Assembly: GCA_003614675.1 (NCBI GenBank)
Contig: ML002225.1
Location: 53,959-73,958 of the forward strand
Reading direction: 5' to 3'
Source: Dimargaris cristalligena
Taxonomy: Eukaryota
DNA: 20,000 nucleotides
The position numbers and the translations under genes are program-made. Of the stretch, positions 1 to 10,313 are shown in pieces; the first letter of the stretch is position 1, and each line of letters opens with the position of its first letter. The notes below the pieces were generated by a model. That model searched no databases. It was not told where the DNA came from and saw only the letters and a program-made list of their open reading frames with translations.

Positions 1-523
1 TAACGGTGTTATTCTGCTAGCTACCTTTTTCGGCTCCCGGCTGGTTTTCGGAATCTACTGGGCCATCCATCTCTATAGTAAGTCACCCGATTCACTTCCT
101 TCTACATAGGCATTGGAATCGTACCAAATTGAGGCGCCGTCTTTCTGATTAGTGCAACTGAATGCCAACTATTGGTACTACTCATACAACCACTGGACAT
201 GAGCCTGGCCGACAACACCCTGCCAAGCCCCCCAAGTGACACCCAGTGACTATTAGCCGCCCCATCTCTCTTCTTCGCAACGTTCACTTAACATTACTGA
301 CTGACTAACCCAATATCTAACTCACATCCTCTTCTGTCCCAATATCCGATCGCTAGCCAATTTTTACCACAACTGGGACACGGTACCCCACTATCTGGCC
401 ATCAGTGTCGTCGTGTCCAACATGGCTCTCAATATTCTCAACTTCTTCTGGTTCAGTAAAATGGTTTCCGCCATCCGTGGCCGTTTCGACCAACCCGTCG
501 AAAAGGACATCAAAATGGACTAA
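1..523 (+). CDS. 3' part of a TLC (TRAM/LAG1/CLN8) domain membrane protein, TMEM56/Tda4-like; paralog A, 5' end outside the window. Exons <1-77 and 357-523
   Basis: Frame from nt 2 reads NGVILLATFFGSRLVFGIYWAIHLY. GTAAGT donor at 78, CTAAC branch sites at 305/317, TAG acceptor at 354-356. The last exon reads TNFYHNWDTVPHYLAISVVVSNMALNILNFFWFSKMVSAIRGRFDQPVEKDIKMD* (TAA 521-523). It aligns by eye with the complete TLC gene downstream (INGVFLLGTYFLARL; ILNFVWFNKMV) and has the same phase-1 intron position. Confidence 0.88.
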
Positions 524-2445
524 CTCCCATTTGGTTTTGGATCCATCTGATCCAGGGGTTAGTTTTTACTTAAATTTATATACATATACGTATATTTGTC
601 TTTAGTTATCTGATGCACGTCCATCGCCCAAGGGCGGTATTTTTTTTTCTCTTTCTTTTAGGACACTCTGGCTCACCCGATCGTATAATATTTGCTGAAT
701 GAATAGAATAGACGTGCAGAGCCCCCTGGCCTTGGCTAGTGGCCTGCACCATGTAGTGCTTATTAGTAATAAACTTGTGTGCCATTTGATGGGACCCCCC
801 GAGTCGCTTGGACACTCCTATGGGGGAATTGCGACCCATAAGCCATTCCAAACCCACTGCTTCCCTTTAAGATGGCTTTGGGGACAGTTTCTAGTTAACT
901 GGCTAAATGGATATTTTGGTCATACAGTCATCTGTGCTGAGTGGTACAGTCGGAGAGTTTCCCCTATCTGGTAACAGTGACGTGGTTTAATTTAGGTAGG
1001 TTTACAGCACTTACATCATGATGGCTGAAAAAAGGATTAGAATGATCTATATGAGTGGGGGAGGGGATGTATGTGGTAATGCGGCGGTAGTCAGGCCCGC
1101 GAGGATGAGGATCCCAGCGGAAAGTTCATAATGATGGCGATACTCCCTCACTCAATCATATTAAAATACTCGGCTTCGGCTCGGTGGAGCCGGTTAGACC
1201 AATCAAGTATTATATGAATGGGAGTGATTTGACAGTTATATACATATATATTATTATTGGTATATTCCTGGACAGCCGGAGGGTTTTATTGATACTACAC
1301 TTTACCAGCCAGTTCATAACATGAACGGCCGGTGCCCCAGCCAATGAATTACCCTGTGACTTTGTAGATAGGATACAGTAGTAAGCAGTAGTGGCTGGCA
1401 GGAAAAGAGTTCAGCCACGCTATTCGCCTGACCTGACCTGTTGTTACCCGACATGCCTCTAAGGACCAATCAGGGACCGGGCTGGTCTGTTGGCCAGGTG
1501 GCGTGTTTTACATTGGCCTGGGGGGGAGGACTCTGCGGCGCGCCGGTGGTGTTTTATTCAGTCAGGCTTAGCAAGTGTTACAAGAGCATGAGGAAAATAA
1601 TAGAAAGATAGAGAGCATATAGCTCATTTACTCTTGTTTTTAGTTTCTCTTCCTTCTCCCCTGAGTTATCAGATGGTCAGACGGCTACCGTATAAATACT
1701 CCTGTATATCCTGCTGCTAAAGGGACATTGTTATTTGATTCTCTTTCTACCTGCCCTTTTTATATTCACCAGTTCAATTGTGTTATCTTTTTTGGTAATC
1801 CTGCAGAGGTGTACACCAGTTGGTACTGTGTAATACATACCCTACATGCCTTAGTTCATTTAGTGGCTATTGTTATTTCTACCTTCGAACTGTATTAATT
1901 TAACGACCACCTGTCTAAAAATCACCCTGCCCCCCCCACTCCAGTCCAGTGGTAGTCGCGCTCCTCTTTCACACAATAGTTAGGATTGTCGACAGCCCAT
2001 GAACTGTACTTAATCTATATAACCCACACACCCCCTTACCCTTATTACCCTTACCTCTTTTCCCCGCACCATAATCGCGGCCACTGCTTATTAAACAGCC
2101 CTCGTGCTGGTAACCCTGACCTAGTTGGTTCCGCGCATATATATATAATACACACACGCGTACACTTATATACAACGTCACCCTTTCCCCCTCTCTTTCC
2201 TTGGTGTAGAGCCCGTTCATAAACGACGTAAAGGAACCCGCTGTACAACCTACCTGGGCCCTTCTTTTATATAGTCCAATACCCCTTTTATTATATTTTT
2301 ATACTGGTCTAAAGCCTTCATTGACCAGGTCGATTTGTAGTCCATTTCACCTTTAAATTCCTCCAAACCCCCCTTCGGCCCTATTGTTTGGCTAACCACA
2401 GCCCTTCCCCCCCTTTACCGTTGAACATACGGATTCCCACCCACC

Positions 2446-3895
2446 ATGTCGCTCGTTTTGGGGCAAGCCGACCACTTTGTGAGCCGCATTTCGGAGGGCA
2501 TTCGCCCAGCCCTGGCCTCCCTGAACATGGAAACTTTTGCCAACCACTGGCACATTGCCTTTGCCTCCATGCTGGCCTGTTTCCTCATTACCGCCGTATC
2601 CGAGCGGGTCTCGCCCCAACTGTTCCCCAAGGCCTTTCAGAGTATGAAGGGATTCCAGAAGACCAACTGGCACATTCATGTGGTGTCGTTGGTGCATAGC
2701 ATCGTTTCGTTGGTCCTGTCCTACCCGCTCATTAACCACCCGGAGCTAACCAAGGACCCCATTGGGGTTTACTGGCCCCATTTCGGTAATGTGACGGCGA
2801 TTTCCACTGGGTAAGTGACAATTCTTTTTTTTTCTTCTTCGTATAACATCGTTTTATATCTGCGCACCGCTTATTCCAGTCGGGTGGTACTGTATTGGTA
2901 ACTGCAGTATGGACTGCGGTGGTTCTTCCTCACCTATATCCCCCCAACCGTTCGCTTCAGCTTCAGCTAGGCTCTGGAGTGGGGGACCTATGGGGGTAGT
3001 AGCAGTAACAGTAGTGGTAGCAATAACCTAAGATTTCCTTATCTCGTGAGGGTGGCCCCTTTTACCCTAGCTAACACCTGATATTACCCTTTCACCACCC
3101 TGTATTTTGGAATCGTGGTTTCCCTTATTTAGCTATTTCCTGTGGGACATCTACGTGTGCCTGCGTTACATTCGTCAAACGGGCATCGGGTTCTTTCTCC
3201 ACGGGTTTATCGCCTGCTTCGTCTCCCTCATTAGCTTCCGCCCCTTTATCAACATGTACGGGCCCATGTTTATCATGGTTGAGCTGAGCACCCCGTTCCT
3301 CAATATCCACTGGTTCATGGATAAGCTCAAGATGACCGGCAGCATGGCCCAACTGATTAACGGCGTGTTCCTACTCGGGACCTACTTTTTGGCCCGCTTG
3401 CTGTACGCCCCCTACCTGGCCTACTGTGTGTTCTGTAAGTTACTACTCCATCCCCCCCCTTCTACCATCCCACTTCACCGCACATTACTACCACCATGGG
3501 TGGATTACGCTTCCTATTTATCCCAAACGGATTTTAGAAGCCATGGTCATTATGGCCTTTTCTCGACGTTAAACCATCATTGTCTGCTCTATGTACCAAC
3601 CCACTGTTGAATGATACATGGCCGATGGAGATAGGTCGATCCAATCGGGTAGTTTACTGACTCCCACTGTGTGTATACGTATATCTCTATATCCCATGCA
3701 CTCCGTACTTCTGGCATATTTCTCCCCCTCACAGCTACCTTTTATCAATACTGGGGCGAATTCCCCGCCTACCTGGGCTACATTTACGTGGTCCAGATCA
3801 TGACTCTGGTCATCCTCAACTTCGTCTGGTTCAACAAGATGGTCAAGACGCTTCGCAGCCGATTCGAGTCCCCGACCCCGAAGAAAATGATTTAA
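2446..3895 (+). CDS. TLC-domain membrane protein (TMEM56/Tda4-like), paralog B, 275 aa. Exons 2446-2810, 3133-3434, 3735-3895
   Basis: The spliced frame is continuous (365+302+161=828 nt). Donors GTAAGT at 2811 and 3435, acceptors TAG 3132 and CAG 3734. TLC hallmarks are W..HVVSLVHS, STGYFLWD, GFFLHG, ELSTPFLNIHWFMDK, NG..L..TYF..R and LNFVWF.KM. It ends in KKMI, a dilysine ER-retrieval motif. Confidence 0.92.
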
Positions 3896-5005
3896 TTGCA
3901 TTTTTACCTGAAAGCGTGAGTATAGGCCTCTTCTATGCACATATACTATGCACGCTCGACTCCCCTGGCTATACCACCCGTCCGTTTTATGAAGACGAAT
4001 AGTAATAGTTCCTCCCTCCTCCCCGCCCTCCCTCATTTCTATTAGAGGGGGTTTCTAAATATACGAATCCTTGCTTGCGTCTCTGGACACATTTCTTCTA
4101 TTTATCACCCTAGCGTATTTCTTGTAGTTTGATCGAATGTCTTTTATTACATATATTCATAATTAATCTCTATAAATCAGTTTTCCATGTATGGCTAATT
4201 GTCGATGGGGGGGATTCACTCTATACATCTCGATTTGCGGCCAACTGATGGGGTGTGCTTTATATGGGTGAAATTCGGCCCAGCTGTATAAGGTTTTACA
4301 TGGTAAGTGTATGGGATAATATATGGAAGATTTATTTTTAACCAGTAGTATTTGCTTCATCTAACGGATTTTTCGTTATACAGCTCGGTTGAACCTTTCC
4401 CATATCTTTTAAAAACAGATGCGTGCCAAGGCCTCTTAGGCAATCAAATGGATAGTTTGATAAAATAAATACAATTGTGAATTAAGTTACGGTTAGGTTA
4501 GTTATCAATCTAAACTGGTACATCCGGTCAATCATATAGGTTTCTCGTTACATCACCTGATTGAAGCTCTGCCAGATCTACCGAGAGAATGGGCGATTAA
4601 TAGGATTACAGGTGCTGATGGCAATGTCAACTTTCTGTCTCTATACAGTGAGATACACCATCTCTGACTGAAGATGTGTAGATATGTCTAGATAAATGAA
4701 ACGGTATCAAAGTCTAAAGAGATGAAGTGGGGAACATGTACGCAATTTGTCTATCGAGTGATTGTTAAGGAAATGATGGAAGCTGACATTGCATCTAAAA
4801 CTATTTTGGGTCTGATAAAATACCTAGCTCGTAAGAAGCAAGATACAGTTATAGGCGGAAACTACACATACATTTGGGTGCTGAGTTGATTCCAATGGGC
4901 CGAGTGGTCAACGTACAACGAACCCAATCCTCACATTTGCCAATATCGGCAACCTCGGCTCAGCGTTCTCTTCATAGGCCCAGGTGCTCGCTTTCCCGAG
5001 TTTCC

Positions 5006-5013
5006 TATAAATA
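5006..5013 (+). promoter_or_regulatory. TATA box of the Gly-rich secreted protein gene
   Basis: TATAAATA about 150 nt upstream of ATG 5163, followed by a C/T-rich leader with CACTAC repeats. Confidence 0.6.
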
Positions 5014-5162
5014 CCAACCCCAAGTAGCCCTCCAGAGTTAGTTCAGCAGCTCTCTCATCTTCTATTCACCTCTACCACTACCACACTACCACTACTTCCG
5101 CTTTTAACCCCCCAGCGTTCTCTCTCCCCTCCCCGCTCTACCGCCTACTCCCACCTAACACC

Positions 5163-5690
5163 ATGCAGTTCAAGCTCTCCACCGTTGCTCTCCTGGCCCT
5201 CGCCCTCGCCATGACCGTATCCGTGGTCCGCGCCCAGGACGACTTCACCTCCGACGATAGCAATGCCCCCGCCTCCGAAGCCGACTATGAACCCACCGCG
5301 GACAGCGACGAGAGTGGTTTCGTGGATCGCCGGGCCTGGTACGGCCCCGCCGACTACCCCAACTACGAAGGAGGCTACTTGGTGCGCCGCGATCTGGGCA
5401 GCGGCTACGGTGGTCTGAGCGGTCTAGGTGGTATCGGTGGTATCAGCAGCGGCGGCTACGGTGGTGGCTACGGCGGTGCTGGTGGCCACGGTGGCAGCGT
5501 GTGCAGCTCCTGTGGCCAGAAATCGGATGGTGGTCACGACAGTCTGCTCAACAACTTCGGCTACATCCCCAGTATTCGGGCCACTAACACCCGTACCAAC
5601 GCCAAGGTGCTCAAGGACCAGAAACTCGCCTTCGCCAAGCTCAACAAGAAGAAGATCAAGGCCAACAGCAAGCTTGCCGTCAAGGCCTAA
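5163..5690 (+). CDS. Secreted Gly/Tyr-rich protein, 175 aa, intronless; signal peptide, dibasic (RR) processing sites, Lys-rich C-terminus
   Basis: Signal peptide MQFKLSTVALLALALAMTVSVVRA, acidic pro-region ending VDRR, second site LVRR, GGYGGG repeats, CSSC, basic tail. Strong C-ending codon bias and good ACCATG start context. Confidence 0.85.
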   Translation: MQFKLSTVALLALALAMTVSVVRAQDDFTSDDSNAPASEADYEPTADSDESGFVDRRAWYGPADYPNYEGGYLVRRDLGSGYGGLSGLGGIGGISSGGYGGGYGGAGGHGGSVCSSCGQKSDGGHDSLLNNFGYIPSIRATNTRTNAKVLKDQKLAFAKLNKKKIKANSKLAVKA

Positions 5691-7064
5691 TCGTCGAATG
5701 ATAATCCGCCCCTCGCTGCCCCTGGCCCTGGGCCCCGCCCCTGTTCCTGCTCTCCGCCAGCCAACAACGGGTGGTAGGAAATTTCGACGCATAGCCCCCC
5801 CCCCAACGCTTTACAATTGGATCTATTCGCTACTATTATTTATCCGGCTACTACTCCCATAACTTTGCTTCCTCCACCCCTGTGGCTTTGCCCCCTCAAA
5901 AAAAAATGCCGGTTGGTATTTGCCTATTTATTCTGCTTCAATTAGTCCAGCAGGGCTAATCGGGGTTGGTCCTCTTTCTGGTTATGATGGTTGCTACCTT
6001 CGCTTCTCAATAGCAATAAAACAAGCTGTCTCAATAATAACCTCCATAGTCCCATATCCCGGCCAGTATTGTGCGACGCAGCTTAGGATGCACATAGCTA
6101 AACCCTAAGATAGGGTGCATGTCTTTTTTACGAAGGCGCTTCAGGTAATCGATTGTCCGGTCTAGTCGTTTCAAGAGTAGTTTTGCTGGGAGAATAGCTA
6201 GCCATGGCGCTATGCTTGAGCTGAAGGGGACCAGCAATTACTATGAATAGCGAGTGATTGTTTTCTTAGTATCAGTGAAGTATTGAGATAGAGTATGGTT
6301 ATTTGGTTGTTCAGTCCCTTCTGGCGGCAACAATAGCGGCTAACACTCAATAATAGTATGCCGTTCCACCGAAAGCTAATCGAGAGCGAGTGGGCCAGCT
6401 TGGTACTGGTCCGCAAGTGTACTGACGGGACTTAGTCATTAAAATCACTCATATTCAGCCGTCGGGAAGGGGAGAGATTGCGGTAACATTAGAAAATAGT
6501 GGGCGATGGTCCCTATTGAATATTTACGCATCGTCATTTCAAATCGAAAGTTGTACATAATGCAGTAAGCTTGCAGTCTGAATAGTTTGGAACCCATGTC
6601 AATCGGGAAGTAAAAAATCCACTCTAGTCACAATGGTAGTCAAAGCGTGCCTACGTGTAGTGTTCGATCGTGGTGCAGCCTACTAGTCACCTAATGCCCA
6701 ATGTTGCCAGCTTCATCGATTCACTAATATACATCGCAGCGAGCCCCAACCACGACTTCAATCTTAGCTATTCACAATTAGACGTTACTAACAAAATCTT
6801 TTTTACTTTGGATAATAAAGCGGGCCATTTCCAAACCCTTTTCTCTCACTCAAATACACCTGTTACAGTAGTCATAAGAAAATATTGCCATAAAGACAAC
6901 GTTTTATTCGGGTCCCAATCGCTGGTGGTGAAGGGGGAATATAAAGAGACAGGGTTGTATGGGATAGGGGGAGGGATTGCAATAAGAAGGCTTATGTTAG
7001 AAGAGAGAAACAACATGGTTTACGAGATAAGATCAAGTATATACCGGATTAAAGGTATATATTT

Positions 7065-7634
7065 TTACTCTTCTTCAACCACGGTGGTCTTCTCCGACAC
7101 GTAGATACCGTCCAAAAATTTACGGATATCCTTCTTGCGGGCAATGGTGGACTGCTGGATGCTGGCGGCGGACTGGGAGACGTTGGCGACATCGTTACCG
7201 TACAGGATGATCTCGTCCTTCTGGGCGGTGGAGACCTCGCACTTGACACCCTCGAGCATGGGCACGCGACGCACGACCTTCTCACCCAAGAAGTTGCGGA
7301 TTTCAATGTGGTCACCGCTGTCGGAGATGTTCACGTTGATGGGGAAATGCGCGTAGACGAAACGCATCTTGTACTTGTAGCCCTTGGTCACACCGGTGAT
7401 CATGTTCTGAATCAGCGAGCACACGGTACGGATGCAGGCAACGTGCTTGCGGTTACCACCCCAGACGACCACACGGATCTGCTTCTTGCTGACGCGCTGC
7501 AGCTCCATGTTGATGTGACGGAGGTTCTTGTTCAGAGTGCCCCGGGGACCCTCCACCTTGATGTCGCGAGCCTTGATCGACACGGTGACACCCTCGGGGA
7601 TGTTGATAACGTCGTCCTTGTAGATGTCCTTCAT
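7065..7634 (-). CDS. RPL9: 60S ribosomal protein L9 (uL6), 189 aa
   Basis: Contains [40 protein letters not shown] and [15 protein letters not shown], the diagnostic eukaryotic uL6 motifs. Confidence 0.98.
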   Translation of the reverse strand: MKDIYKDDVINIPEGVTVSIKARDIKVEGPRGTLNKNLRHINMELQRVSKKQIRVVVWGGNRKHVACIRTVCSLIQNMITGVTKGYKYKMRFVYAHFPINVNISDSGDHIEIRNFLGEKVVRRVPMLEGVKCEVSTAQKDEIILYGNDVANVSQSAASIQQSTIARKKDIRKFLDGIYVSEKTTVVEEE

Positions 7635-7646
7635 TTTGCTTTAAAT

Positions 7647-8330
7647 CTGCGGGTTGGGAATAAATTATACGACGAAGGAACGGTCGGTTGGATTGGGTAG
7701 GTGGGAATAGAGGGGTATAACCAATAGTAATATTATATTTTAGAGTTAGTGGAAGAGCGTGATTCAATAACCCATGCTAGGCATTTGGAATAAGGAAGGG
7801 GTGAAGGCAACATATGGTGTGCTGCCAAAGAAGAGGGACGCAAGCGAAGTGTCCCGAAGGCCCCATTCAGACTTGCGAATCTTCCAAACTTCATTGAGAA
7901 GAGTGTCGCCTTCCCGCTCTCGTACGCAGTCTACTCGGTATACCAACAGTCGACAGTCCCACAGCCGATACCATCCGCTCATTCGACTATCCATCCATCC
8001 ATCCGTTTGTGCATAACCTTGGCGGGTCCAGGTAGATTGTCCGGGTTTAAGCAACGTGTATACGCCCCAGGCGTGAGATGGTCGAGACCGACGTGCGGGG
8101 TCGAGTGACATTAGGTGTGCCTTAGGACGGTAGGCCCGCTTCGACGGTTGGTGGGAAGTGTCGTTGACCTGTACCACATCCGCGGCGTGTGACGACTTGA
8201 TAGGATGGATGGATGCACGGCTGGTTGGATAGGTAGATAGGATCGTGTGGGCTGGTCGAACTGTGGGCTGCGTACGAGTCGACGGCCGTGGACGGGGGAT
8301 TCGATAGAAGAATGCAGTGACGACACTTAC
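7647..8330 (-). other. RPL9: 5'UTR intron of RPL9 (684 nt)
   Basis: Minus-strand donor GTG|GTAAGT at 8330, ACTAAC branch site at about 7745-7750, AG-free tract, acceptor CCCGCAG ending 7647, 12 nt before the ATG. The upstream exon has no ATG. Confidence 0.8.
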
Positions 8331-8390
8331 CACCGAGGTGGAAATCCGTCGACTGATGAATTTAGTACAGGATTAGGGAAGAGAAAGATT
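8331..8390 (-). promoter_or_regulatory. RPL9: Non-coding first exon of RPL9, with a pyrimidine tract as the probable TSS (TOP-like)
   Basis: Minus strand reads AATCTTTCTCTTCCCTAATCC...CCTCGGTG directly before the donor. Pyrimidine-tract starts are typical of ribosomal protein mRNAs. The exact TSS is not visible. Confidence 0.5.
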
Positions 8391-8955
8391 TCGGCAGCCA
8401 CGGCCCATAATGCTTTTTAACTCCTATTCTTTCTTTCCCTCTTCTGGTAGTCACCCTACTTTTTGCCCTGGCGGGGGACTTCGCTGGGTCGACTAGTAGG
8501 GGGGGGGGTGGCATCTGCTAACACACACCTGGGCTGATGATGACTTAGGTGGAGTAGGCTGCCGAGTGGTTTGCTATATTGAGTCACGTGCCAAATAGTC
8601 TGGGCAGTGTATAACCCCCAAGCTCAGAAGTTAGACCAGTTTCACCATTTGGGGGGGAAATTCCACGAACGATGGTTGATAATAATAGTCTTCCGCTCAC
8701 TCTTATGGTGTTCCTTGGAGTCAAAACTGGGAGTTTGTTGGTGGGACTTGGAGTTGAGCGAGAGATTCCCCCCCCCACTGACGTTGAAACGCTTGGTGGC
8801 CCAAAGCAAGGCAGAGGTGCTCCTCCATTATTAGAGAGTGGTTCTTACCATTTCATTCTACATCCGGATTCCTCTCTTTAAACCCTCCCCCCTCATTCTT
8901 ATAACCTTTTCGCCATCTCTTGCCTCTTCGATCCCTTCGATTCCGTCTCTGAACC

Positions 8956-9591
8956 ATGAGTTTCGCCAACCTCCGCGGTCTGGGCACTTCTCCGCTCCAC
9001 CGCCTCTCCGCCCGTAGCGCCCTTCTGCGTCGGGCCGGCATTGCCCAAGAATATAACCGCCCCAGCGGTTGGCTGTTCGGTGAAAAGGTACGCCTATCCT
9101 ACACAGCTCTATGCATCTTGCCAGTACCTATGATTCCGGAGCCCATTCGCTTGGATTTACTCCCCAGCTCCAGTTGTAGTGCTTTACTATTATTTTTTGG
9201 CTAGGGGTTGAAGCGATTTCGCCCCAGCCCTCATGGTATCCGCTGAGCCTGCTCCCGCCCTGACCGTCGCTTACCCCACTGTAAATCGCTACCTAGTTCA
9301 GTACTGTCTTTGCATACACTCTCTAACCTCAACATATATCTAATATACCTAATCTATTGATTGTTTTAATAAAAATCTAACTAGCCGCTTAAGCCCGGCC
9401 AGAAGCGCGTCTGGGAGGCCTGGGAATACCCCTGGTACTACATGTACTATGGCGGTATGGCCCTGGCCGGTATCGCCCTCTACTACAAGCCCGATACTAG
9501 CGTACAGGCCTGGGCCACCGTCGAGGCCAAGCGTCGTCTGAAGGAACGCGGTGAATACTTTGACTGGACCTCCACTGAACTTAAATGGTAA
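8956..9591 (+). CDS. NDUFB11: Mitochondrial complex I ESSS subunit (NDUFB11/NESM), 112 aa. Exons 8956-9087, 9385-9591
   Basis: Arg/Ser/Leu-rich presequence, then YNRPSGWLFGEK|PLKPGQKRVWEAWE, one TM helix and YKPDTSVQAWATVEAKRRL, typical of fungal ESSS subunits. GTACGC donor 9088, TAG acceptor 9384, phase 0. Confidence 0.92.
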
Positions 9592-10313
9592 ATTCGACAA
9601 CCGTCATACGTACTTTGGAGTTGGCCGACATTACAGCACCACGAACCAGGTGGTTTTCGGAGGCGGCGCACTCTCTGGTCGCCCTTTCTCCCCCTTTCAT
9701 CGGCTTTACGCTTGGTTCTTTAGATCTTCACCCCGATTCGGGCAAACCTCTTGTATCTTTCTATTCACCCTAAACATCGCTACTTATATAAAGAACTGGG
9801 CTTAGGCCCAATTTCTATACGCACGACTGATTTCTCGAAAGATCCTTAGTGGTATATCCCAATTAAAAGATATATCGGTTCGCTAAGTATAGTCTAAAAG
9901 AAATGGTACATCCTTCACCTAGCTAGTCTGTCCCATTTGGGGAGGCAGGCTAATTTCATATTTAAAGAATCTATTGTGGGTACATTTAAATATCCCACTT
10001 CCGGATGATCGCTGAGTTATTGCTTGCAGAACCCCTTCAAATAAGCCCATTTTCGCATAGATTTGGATGAAATACAGTGTATTGGCAAAATGAGGGGTAT
10101 AGAAAATGATTCGGCCGTGGAGAATCAAGCAATAGCACACTCCGTCTTTGCGGACGATAGGAAAATATAATTTGGGCGAACACACGGGGGTCGAAATCAA
10201 GAATAAAAAAAGGCAACGGAAAGGGAACCAAGGACCTAGCCATAGGCATGTGCTAGCTCATATTTGATCATAACGGCATTGCCTTTCAAGACACAGGGTT
10301 AGCGAGAAGGTGA

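Noticed and set aside
1591..1654. Purine-rich/pyrimidine-rich hairpin resembling a pre-miRNA
   Set aside because: Low complexity with heavy mismatches; only a 4-bp core stem is convincing.
4575..4612. PVILLIAHSLG (minus), resembling a lipase nucleophile elbow
   Set aside because: Isolated short match in a frame with stops on both sides; likely chance.
5424..5862. ORFs 5424-5792 (-) and 5428-5862 (+)
   Set aside because: Shadow frames of the GC3-biased Gly-rich gene.
6031..6416. Minus-strand ORFs (LKRLDRTIDYLKRLRKK…; PGYGTME in another frame)
   Set aside because: Short, no consistent splice model and no recognisable family; the LOG-like PGxGT resemblance is too weak.
6670..7104. 144-aa + strand ORF
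   Set aside because: GTG start, antisense to the RPL9 3'UTR, AT-rich with no codon bias.
7860..7900. AUGAA...UGAA on the minus strand resembling a SECIS/K-turn or C/D snoRNA core
   Set aside because: The helix between the GA pairs is too short and mismatched, there is no RUGAUGA box C, and a SECIS in a 5'UTR intron would be non-functional. No H box/ACA arrangement was found either.
7764..8333. 189-aa ORF (minus) and overlapping ORFs 7774-8016 and 8111-8326
   Set aside because: They lie in the RPL9 intron, the long ORF starts at the splice donor, and the Arg/Pro/Ser-rich translation is typical of GC-rich non-coding DNA.
8533..8640. TGATGATGA resembling snoRNA box C
   Set aside because: No CTGA box D or terminal stem at a suitable distance.
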